Below, in pieces: positions 33,500 through 40,000 of a stretch of 40,000 bases of DNA. Source of the DNA: Lachnospiraceae bacterium (GTDB lineage: Bacteria; Bacillota; Clostridia; Lachnospirales; Lachnospiraceae); NCBI GenBank assembly GCA_015057025.1, contig SVFD01000007.1, forward strand, positions 94,879-134,878, given 5' to 3'. The notes beneath the pieces are model-generated. The model did not search any database. It was not told the origin of the DNA and saw nothing but the letters and a program-made list of their open reading frames with translations. How positions within the stretch are numbered: the stretch's first letter is position 1; every line of letters starts with the position of its first letter. A program made the position numbers and the translations under genes.

Positions 33500-33884
33500 C
33501 GAACAGTTTTTGCAGAATTTTACAGAAGCAGAATTTGCTTCAAAAGATTATGGATTAGATATATCCAATTCAAGGATTAATGGTACCGTTAATGATTTGG
33601 AGGCATTGAAGCAGGCAATCTATATTATTCTGAATACAGAACGATATGAACATATTATTTATTCGTGGAATCATGGCGTTGAACTAAATGATCTAATTGG
33701 CCAACCATATTCGTATGTGATTCCGGAAACGGAACGAAGAGTGACAGAGGCTCTTATGCAGGATGATAGAATAACGGGTGTAGGTAATTTTGTTTTTGAA
33801 AAAAGAAAAGATACCGTACATGGTATTTTCAAGGTTTCTTCCATTTTTGGAACGTTTGAAAGTGAGGTTGATGTAAATGTATGA
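33483..33884 (+). CDS. XkdS-like (gpW/gp25-like) baseplate wedge protein
   Basis: DLEALKQAIYIILNTERYEHIIYSWNHGVELNDLIG resembles DUF2634/gp25-like proteins. Confidence 0.55.
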   Translation: MIPMINEQFLQNFTEAEFASKDYGLDISNSRINGTVNDLEALKQAIYIILNTERYEHIIYSWNHGVELNDLIGQPYSYVIPETERRVTEALMQDDRITGVGNFVFEKRKDTVHGIFKVSSIFGTFESEVDVNV

Positions 33885-34956
33885 AACACAGACATATGAA
33901 TCCATATTAGAAAGGGTATTAGCACGGATGCCGGGGACACTGGATAAGCGAGAAACCTCTTTTTTATACAATGCCGCTGCCCCGGTGGCTATAGAACTGC
34001 AGAATATGTTTATTGCGATTGATAATATTTTAAATATTACATATTTTGATACAGCAGACCGAGAAGGGAAAATACAGCGATGTAAAGAACGAGGTGTTGA
34101 TATAACACAATTTGATGCTACAAATGCAGTCTGTGTATTAGCTATCTTACCGGCCGCAACGGACATTCCTGAGGGAACAAGATTTAGTTATGATAATATA
34201 AATTACACTGTTATAGAAAAAATAAGTGATGGGTTTTATTACGTACAGTGTGATACTTCCGGAGTAATTGGAAATATTACAGGCGATGTTATACCGGTTG
34301 AATATATTGACGGACTTGTTTCGGCTAAAATCACAGATATATATCAGTGGGGAGAAGATGAAGCAGATGAATCATTAATTGATGAAGCCTATTACAATTC
34401 TTTACACTCTCAGGCATTCGGCGGAAATCGGGCAGATTATATCGAAAAGATGAAAAAGATTGCGGGCGTAGGAGGAGTTAAGATATATTCGGCAAAAGAG
34501 TGGAAAGGTGGAGGTACTACGAAACTGGTATTTACGACCAGTTCCTACACAAAGCCGTTAGAAGAATTTGTTAATCATATTCAAACACTAATAGATCCAT
34601 TAGAAAACCAAGGTGCAGGATACGGAATAGCACCAATTGGACATACGGTAACGGTAGTAGGTGTGGAAGAGGAGAGTGTAAATATAACCATGAATATTTC
34701 ACTTGAAAGTGGATATGCGTGGGAAGACGTTTCCGAATATGTAAATAATGCCATTGATGATTACTTTAACACTTTAAATGCAGGTTGGGAGGATTCAGGC
34801 AATATAATTGTGAGAATATCACAAATTGAAACGCGTATTCTTGATATAGCGGGTATTCTTGATGTTTCAGGAACGAGTTTAAATGGTGTTGAAGAAAATT
34901 TGGTTATAAGCAAGGATGCTATCGTAATAAGGGGGGATATTGATGCCACAACCTAA
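33877..34956 (+). CDS. Baseplate J-like protein (XkdT-like)
   Basis: 359 aa. YETQTYESILERVLARMP is the typical baseplate-J N-terminus. Confidence 0.7.
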   Translation: MYETQTYESILERVLARMPGTLDKRETSFLYNAAAPVAIELQNMFIAIDNILNITYFDTADREGKIQRCKERGVDITQFDATNAVCVLAILPAATDIPEGTRFSYDNINYTVIEKISDGFYYVQCDTSGVIGNITGDVIPVEYIDGLVSAKITDIYQWGEDEADESLIDEAYYNSLHSQAFGGNRADYIEKMKKIAGVGGVKIYSAKEWKGGGTTKLVFTTSSYTKPLEEFVNHIQTLIDPLENQGAGYGIAPIGHTVTVVGVEEESVNITMNISLESGYAWEDVSEYVNNAIDDYFNTLNAGWEDSGNIIVRISQIETRILDIAGILDVSGTSLNGVEENLVISKDAIVIRGDIDATT

Positions 34957-35488
34957 TATTTTGGAGTATCTCCCGGATATATTTAAAAATATACGTGAAA
35001 TGAAAGCATATGCCGACGCTGAAAAGCCGGAACTTGAAAAACTGTGGAAAGCCGTCGATGATGCTTACAATGATCAGTTTCTGTATACTATGACAGAAAA
35101 CGGTATTAAACGCTGGGAGAAGATTCTAAAAATTTCACCAATGGGAACGGATACTTTAGATGACAGGCGTTTTAGAATCATCAATCGCTATAATATTCAG
35201 CTTCCGTATACGTATAGAATGTTGGAAGCGCACTTACAAAAAATGTGTGGTAAAGATGGTTACGTTATGTCTTATAATAAAGAGACATGGACATTAAGCA
35301 TAAAAATAGCCCTCACATCAAAGAAGCAGTATCAGGAGATTCTAAATTTGGTAAATCAAATGATACCGGCAAATATTATTTTGGAATATGGCTTGTTATA
35401 TAATACCCACGAAATTCTGAGTGCGTACACTCATGAGCAGTTATCTGCGTATACACATGAATCTTTAAGAAGTGAAGTAATGACATAA
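34943..35488 (+). CDS. XkdU-like (DUF2313-like) tail protein
   Basis: LPDIFKNIREMKAYADAEKPELEKLW ... RRFRIINRYN matches the DUF2313 pattern. Confidence 0.6.
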   Translation: MPQPNILEYLPDIFKNIREMKAYADAEKPELEKLWKAVDDAYNDQFLYTMTENGIKRWEKILKISPMGTDTLDDRRFRIINRYNIQLPYTYRMLEAHLQKMCGKDGYVMSYNKETWTLSIKIALTSKKQYQEILNLVNQMIPANIILEYGLLYNTHEILSAYTHEQLSAYTHESLRSEVMT

Positions 35489-35505
35489 AAGAAAGGAACT
35501 GTAGC

Positions 35506-35844
35506 ATGTTTGAATTTTTAATAAAATATTGGCTTGAATTCTTATTTGGACTGGCAATTGCCGGTCTTTCTTTTTGCACTAAAAAGCTATTTAGTAAATT
35601 AAAAAAGAAAAATATAGAGGATGAGGCAATTAAGGCCGGCATGATAGCAATTTTGCATGACCGGCTATTTCAGACTTGTAATCAGTATCTTGAATTAGGT
35701 TATATTCCGTTGGAAAAGGCAGAAGAGATATTAGATAACCTAAGAATTCTCTATGAAGCATACCATGCTTTGGGTGGCAATGGTACCGGAACGGATATAT
35801 ATAACAGAACAATTAAACTTCCACTTAAAAAAGTGGAAAAATAG
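35506..35844 (+). CDS. Membrane-anchored lysis-cassette protein of unknown function (112 aa)
   Basis: N-terminal TM segment (WLEFLFGLAIAGLSF), then AILHDRLFQTCNQYLELGYI...HALGGNGTG. Lies directly upstream of the holin gene. Confidence 0.5.
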   Translation: MFEFLIKYWLEFLFGLAIAGLSFCTKKLFSKLKKKNIEDEAIKAGMIAILHDRLFQTCNQYLELGYIPLEKAEEILDNLRILYEAYHALGGNGTGTDIYNRTIKLPLKKVEK

Positions 35845-35859
35845 AAGGGAGGAAGTAGT

Positions 35860-36180
35860 ATGGAGACATTATTACAGTATGGAGCTGCATTAGTTACAAT
35901 AGTGGGATTACTTGCCTTTATGGTTTCACTTATTGTGCAGGTGATTAAGGGAATTAAGTGGTTAGAAAAAATTCCCACAGACATCTTGGTATTTGTAATA
36001 TCAATTGGTCTTTCAGTTGCCGTGTTCTTTGCATACATGCAGTATATGCAATATGCAATTGTCTGGTACATGATTGTGGCAGCAGTTCTTATCGGTTTTG
36101 GTGTTGCTTATGTTGCTATGTTCGGCTGGGACAAGGCATCGAAGCTGTGGAGCCGGTTTTATAAAAATAAGATTGAATAA
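35860..36180 (+). CDS. Holin (about three TM helices)
   Basis: 106 aa with hydrophobic helices, directly upstream of the endolysin gene. Confidence 0.6.
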   Translation: METLLQYGAALVTIVGLLAFMVSLIVQVIKGIKWLEKIPTDILVFVISIGLSVAVFFAYMQYMQYAIVWYMIVAAVLIGFGVAYVAMFGWDKASKLWSRFYKNKIE

Positions 36181-36189
36181 AGAGTGAAG

Positions 36190-36222
36190 AGGAGGAGATT
36201 GCAGATGCGGTCTCCTCTTTTT
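36190..36222 (+). terminator. Hairpin plus T-run between the holin and endolysin genes
   Basis: AGGAGGAGA / TCTCCTCTT stem, 12-nt loop, TTTTT. Sits 20 nt upstream of the endolysin start. Confidence 0.5.
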
Positions 36223-36243
36223 AAAGTGAAGGAGGAAATAAGA

Positions 36244-37263
36244 ATGAGTAAACAGGTATTGTATGAAGGTCCGGATATATCTAAACATAATGGTGTCGTT
36301 AATATTAAACAGATTCGCGACGCCGGATATAAGCGTATTGGTATCCGCGCCGGTTATGGTAAAAACAATGTTGATGAGAAATATATCACCAATGCTTCAG
36401 CATGTGTTAATTTAGGCGTTCCTGTGCTTTTATATTGGTTCTCTTATGCGTATAATGAGGCCATGGCAGTAAAAGAAGCTGAATATGCGATTGCACAGGC
36501 AAAGAAATACTGGAAGAAATGTCCGATTGCATTTGATTTCGAATACGATTCCGTTAATTACGCACGTAAAAATGGTGTAAATATAACATCGGCGTTATGT
36601 ACAAGGATGGCAATTTCATTCCTTAAGAAGGTGCGAGAGGCTGGTTATATCCCTACCATCTATGCTAATAAAGATTATCTTAAGAACTATTTTAATTTGG
36701 ATCAGGTAAGAAGAGAAGTTGGCGAGGTTTATTTATGGTATGCACGCTATACGGATAATCTTCCGGCGAGTGAATTACTCAAAGTTGATGTGTGGCAGTA
36801 TACATCAAAAGGAAGAATCCCCGGTGCATCCGGTAATATTGATTTGAATAAGTTTTATTCAAATTTTGATGGTGATATGGTTGTTAATGAAACAAAGGAA
36901 AATTCAACCTGTAATATTAACATTTTGGACTTCCAGAAGGCTGCTAATGCAGATGGGTATCGTGATGCCTCAGGAAAGAAATTGGCCGAAGATGGCAAAG
37001 ATGGTCCTAAAACGCAGTATGTACGTAAGAAAATTAACCTGAAGGCGAAGAGAAGCGGTTTGACATGGAAGACAGGCTCTAAAGGTGCTTTGGTAAAATA
37101 CATGCAGCGGCGCGCAAATGAAATTCTTGGCCACGATAATAAAGTTGATGGATGCTATGGCAAAGATACCAGAAAAGAGATCCTGGAGCTGCAGAAGAAA
37201 CTTAATCTAAAGAGGGACGGTATTGCCGGATATAATACTATTCAGGCAGTGTTCTACAATTAA
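36244..37263 (+). CDS. Endolysin: GH25 muramidase with C-terminal peptidoglycan-binding repeats
   Basis: Start at MSKQVLYEGPDISKHNGVVN (RBS AAGGAGG). GH25-like PIAFDFEYDS. C-terminal DGKDGPKTQ and VDGCYGKDTRKEILELQKKLNLKRDGIAG resemble PG_binding_1. Confidence 0.8.
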   Translation: MSKQVLYEGPDISKHNGVVNIKQIRDAGYKRIGIRAGYGKNNVDEKYITNASACVNLGVPVLLYWFSYAYNEAMAVKEAEYAIAQAKKYWKKCPIAFDFEYDSVNYARKNGVNITSALCTRMAISFLKKVREAGYIPTIYANKDYLKNYFNLDQVRREVGEVYLWYARYTDNLPASELLKVDVWQYTSKGRIPGASGNIDLNKFYSNFDGDMVVNETKENSTCNINILDFQKAANADGYRDASGKKLAEDGKDGPKTQYVRKKINLKAKRSGLTWKTGSKGALVKYMQRRANEILGHDNKVDGCYGKDTRKEILELQKKLNLKRDGIAGYNTIQAVFYN

Positions 37264-37289
37264 TTAGAAAAATTACATCATGGGGTATA

Positions 37290-37318
37290 AGAGGGCACAT
37301 AAGTGCCCTCTTTTTTTT
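37290..37318 (+). terminator. Rho-independent terminator after the endolysin gene
   Basis: AGAGGGCAC / GTGCCCTCT perfect 9-bp stem, 4-nt loop; T-run (TTTTTTTT) follows. Confidence 0.85.
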
Positions 37319-37499
37319 ATGGACATAATATGAGAAATGATACCATGTTTGCGAACATTGTGAAATATACAGAACATGTTTCTGAAAAATAGGTCAAATA
37401 TAGTGACATTTATGTTCTATATTGCGGAAACGACGATGTTACCAGACGGATTGTTGTAACAATGAAAGGATAATAAAAAATATAAGAAAGGAGAACATT

Positions 37500-37949
37500 A
37501 TGGAATCAGTAATTACAATTGGATTATCAATATGTACCATTATTTTTACCATTATTTTATCTATTTGGGAATATAGGTGGAATAAAAAATTATATGAGTT
37601 AAAATTAAAATCAGATTTTGTTAGGAAAATATTTGATGATTTAATATTCGAAAGATTACTTGACGCTAGTAGCATTATTGTTTTTAATGGAACAACTATT
37701 TCTGGAACTGAAGAATTAGAAAATGTACTGAAGGAAATACAACAAAGACTCTTCATTTTTAGAGAGTGCAATCCGAAATTCTATAATGGTTTACTTTCGG
37801 AAATTAAAAAGCTTGAGAAACATTTAAGAGATAGGCCCCAACCTGCTGATACAATTTCTTTTGTACAGTTTTATAATAAAACGAATGAATACATTAAAAA
37901 AATACAAGGATATATTACTTATACATATCTTGGAAAGAAAATTGAATAA
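37500..37949 (+). CDS. AT-rich terminal moron: 149 aa protein with one N-terminal TM helix, function unknown
   Basis: Start at MESVITIGL (RBS AAGGAG). TM segment: ITIGLSICTIIFTIILSIW. Lies after the late-operon terminator and next to the candidate attR. Confidence 0.65.
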   Translation: MESVITIGLSICTIIFTIILSIWEYRWNKKLYELKLKSDFVRKIFDDLIFERLLDASSIIVFNGTTISGTEELENVLKEIQQRLFIFRECNPKFYNGLLSEIKKLEKHLRDRPQPADTISFVQFYNKTNEYIKKIQGYITYTYLGKKIE

Positions 37950-38000
37950 TAGAAAACTATATAAAATTTGCCCACATTTTGTCCACCATATATAAGAGAT

Positions 38001-38019
38001 GATATTTATATCACAAATA
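38001..38019. repeat. Candidate attR (GATATTTATATCACAAATA)
   Basis: 16/19 identity to 23-41, with a perfect 11-bp block. A further TAAAATTTG (37962-37970) matches 22-30. Confidence 0.4.
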
Positions 38020-38177
38020 ATAAAAAAAGTCAAAAAAAGTTTGTAAGCCTTGAAAAATGGGGATTTCCCAGTGTTGCAAAGAAGTAAAAACAATGATAAA
38101 ATACGGTAGAAACGGGGAATATTATAGCATGCGGAAGTGGTCGCAAGTACAAGCAGTGCTGCGGAAGGAATGCGTAA
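38020..38177 (+). pseudogene. Decayed SecA-type C-terminal tail (SEC-C zinc-finger remnant)
   Basis: The frame continuing from the att core reads IKKVKKSL*ALKNGDFPVLQRSKNNDKIR*. Frame +1 then reads KYGRNGE, and the next frame reads ACGSGRKYKQCCGRNA*. Together these resemble K-I-G-R-N-x-x-C-x-C-G-S-G-K-K-Y-K-x-C-C-G, interrupted by one stop and two frameshifts. Confidence 0.5.
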
Positions 38178-38197
38178 ATTAAAATAATGTATAATGT

Positions 38198-38250
38198 ACA
38201 CCCGGTAAAGTGTAGGCTGATTTATGAGCATTTTTGCCGGGTGTCTTTTA
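38198..38250 (+). terminator. Possible terminator after the SecA-tail remnant
   Basis: ACACCCGG / CCGGGTGT 8-bp stem with a large 31-nt loop, followed by CTTTTAT. Confidence 0.35.
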
Positions 38251-38281
38251 TAAAAATAATTAAGAAAAGGTGGTGACGCAG

Positions 38282-39419
38282 GTGGTTGAATTAGATGCAA
38301 TGAAAAGCGAATTGCAGGCTTACGTAACTCCATTAGCGGAAGTGAGGGATTCACTTTGACTTAGTGAATAAGACTGAGCGGGTGAAAGAATTAGAGAGAG
38401 AAAGTCAGGAACCCGGTTTTTGGGACAATCCTGAAATTTCCAATCGTAAGATGAAAGAGATGAAGAATCTTCAGGATACCATTGATATGTACCATCATCT
38501 GGAGCGCCAGGTGGAAGATATCGGTATGTTAATTCAGATGGCATATGAAGAGAATGATGCGGAATTGATAGCGGATATCCGCGGGGAACTGGATGAGTTT
38601 GTGGAGGAGTTTGAAAAAATCAGAATTTCCACACTTTTATCGGAAGAATATGATACCAATAATGCAATTCTTCGATTAAATGCCGGCGCAGGCGGTACTG
38701 AAAGTTGCGATTGGGCGGCTATGTTATATCGTATGTATGTGCGTTGGGCAGAACGGAAAGGCTACAGCATTGAAGTTTTGGATTATCAGGATGGCGACGA
38801 GGCGGGAATTAAGTCTGTTTCATGGCAGGTAAACGGTTTAAATGCTTATGGCTACCTGAAGTCAGAAAAAGGTGTACACCGTTTGGTGCGTATTTCGCCT
38901 TTTAATGCGCAAGGCAAAAGACAGACTTCCTTTGTCTCACTGGATGTAATGCCGGAACTTCCTGAGGATGTTGAACTGGATATAAATCCGGATGATTTGC
39001 GAATTGATACCTATCGAAGCAGTGGTGCCGGCGGACAGCACATTAATAAAACTTCTTCGGCAGTGCGTATTACCCATATTCCCACCGGGGTTGTGGTACA
39101 GTGTCAGAATGAACGTTCACAGCACAGCAATAAAGATAAGGCAATGCAAATGCTCCGTGCAAAGCTTTTAATGTTAAAGCAGGAAGCTAATGCAGAAAAA
39201 CTGTCGGATATCCGTGGGGAAATCAAAGAAATCGGATGGGGTAGTCAGATTCGTTCGTATGTAATGCAACCTTATACATTGGTAAAAGATACCAGAACGG
39301 GTGAAGAAACCGGTAATGTAGATGCAGTGTTAGATGGTGATTTGGATAAAATGATGACGGCCTACCTGAAATGGAAAAGTCTTGGTGGTAAAGCCGTCGG
39401 AGATGAATCTATTGATTAG
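38282..39419 (+). CDS. prfB: Peptide chain release factor 2, join(38282..38356,38358..39419), with a programmed +1 frameshift
   Basis: GTG start after AAGGTGG. ORF1 (MVELDAMKSELQAYVTPLAEVRDSL) ends at CTT TGA C. The downstream frame carries the SPF (RISPFNAQG) and GGQ (SGAGGQHINKT) motifs. Confidence 0.95.
38344..38360 (+). promoter_or_regulatory. RF2 autoregulatory +1 frameshift site
   Basis: SD-like GAGGGA, a 4-nt spacer, then CTT TGA C (38354-38360). Confidence 0.9.
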
Positions 39420-40000
39420 TACGTTTCTGCGACAAATCAACGTAGAAGGATGCCGCGGCAGTGTTTTTATATGGTATAATCCATAGATTACCAATGCCGA
39501 AAGTTAATAAAGAAACAAATTGTAAAGGAAGGAAGCTAAGTTCCAAACCAAGGAGTCTTAGTTTGCTTCCTTTCATTAACCATGAACTCATTTTTAATGC
39601 TTTTGCGGCGGATAAATTCGGCATATCTACCAGCATAAAATATACAGGTGCAAAGTTAAGTGAAATAAAGAAATAGATTAATTCACCCAAGGTCAAAAGA
39701 GTATAAGCAAACAGCATATATTTTAATGCGTCGTAATCAAAAGAGAATAATTGCTCCATTGTAAATTCCGGCATGAAAAACAGACTGTAAATTGCATAGG
39801 GAAGTGTGCAGACTGTATTTATCAGGGAAAGAACTAATGTGACTTTTAAGGTTTTATCCGGTCCATGGGAAAATGCATGGAATAAATCAGAGAATGTACA
39901 GTGTTGCCTTTCGGTAAAAAGATTTAAGTAAAAGGCTGCAATACCGGTCTGCAATAAACCGGAAAAGAGATTAATTAAAAGGATATTCATTTCATAAAAA
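39409..40000 (-). CDS. Multi-pass membrane protein (DUF975-like), probably truncated by the window end
   Basis: Hydrophobic helices throughout. The frame stays open beyond the first ATG (39990) to the window edge. Convergent with prfB, overlapping it by 11 nt. Confidence 0.45.
   Translation of the reverse strand, partial: FYEMNILLINLFSGLLQTGIAAFYLNLFTERQHCTFSDLFHAFSHGPDKTLKVTLVLSLINTVCTLPYAIYSLFFMPEFTMEQLFSFDYDALKYMLFAYTLLTLGELIYFFISLNFAPVYFMLVDMPNLSAAKALKMSSWLMKGSKLRLLGLELSFLPLQFVSLLTFGIGNLWIIPYKNTAAASFYVDLSQKRTNQ

Larger units (their letters stand above)
31..38019. mobile_element. Temperate prophage (~38 kb) with a PBSX-like contractile-tail module; ends approximate
   Basis: Canonical order: integrase, divergent repressor/cro switch, early genes, terS/terL, portal, MuF, scaffold, capsid, connectors, sheath, tube, frameshifted TAC, TMP, baseplate, holin, lysin. 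Host prfB lies on the right. Ends are placed at an imperfect direct repeat with the 11-bp perfect core TATCACAAATA (31-41 and 38009-38019). Confidence 0.85.

Noticed and set aside
33693-34166. 157 aa minus-strand ORF across the XkdS/XkdT-like genes
   Set aside because: It is antisense to two coupled baseplate genes, with no start context and implausible composition.
37824-38354. 176 aa minus-strand ORF spanning the moron, the candidate attR and the SecA-tail remnant
   Set aside because: It crosses the phage/host junction in an AT-rich region where long spurious ORFs are expected. It is antisense to better-supported features and has no RBS.
1-40000. CRISPR arrays, tRNA, rRNA and tmRNA genes
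   Set aside because: No regularly spaced direct repeats and no cloverleaf-like or rRNA-like segments were noticed. The few non-coding gaps are accounted for by promoters, terminators or short repeats. A tRNAscan or Infernal run would be needed to exclude small RNAs formally.

Overview
The window is almost entirely one ~38 kb temperate prophage of a low-GC, Firmicutes/Clostridia-type host. It sits immediately upstream of host prfB, which carries the classical CTT TGA C +1 frameshift, and a partial convergent membrane-protein gene. Gene order, left to right: a candidate attL; a small AT-rich ORF; a minus-strand tyrosine integrase with an unusual ~160 aa C-terminal extension; a minus-strand immunity block of two paralogous XRE repressors plus a degenerate mini ImmA-like ORF; a divergent promoter/operator switch; then a long plus-strand operon. 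That operon encodes cro-like and xis-like proteins, an HUH Rep-like protein, a degenerate RNase H-like protein, a PcfK/AcrIIA9-like plus PcfJ-like pair, ASCH, a PD-(D/E)XK nuclease, a DUF3102-like HTH protein, many small ORFs, an HNH-like protein and a late regulator. It continues with terS/terL, portal, MuF, scaffold, capsid, connectors, and a PBSX-like sheath/tube/TAC/TMP/baseplate module, then holin, a GH25 endolysin and a terminal moron. No rRNA, tRNA or CRISPR array was seen. The items most worth follow-up are: (1) a MuF head protein with an AT-rich C-terminal HExxH extension plus a tiny coupled ORF, which looks like a capsid-delivered effector or polymorphic toxin; (2) a fibre-like/XkdX cassette displaced from the tail end into the head module; (3) a 16-bp perfect palindrome present twice, plus one 14/16 copy; (4) two or three AT-rich single-TM morons, one antisense in the early operon; (5) the PcfK/AcrIIA9-like and PcfJ-like pair; (6) a decayed SecA-type SEC-C zinc-finger tail right of the candidate attR, suggesting integration into the 3' tail of secA. 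All family assignments rest on motifs read by eye. No database search was run.
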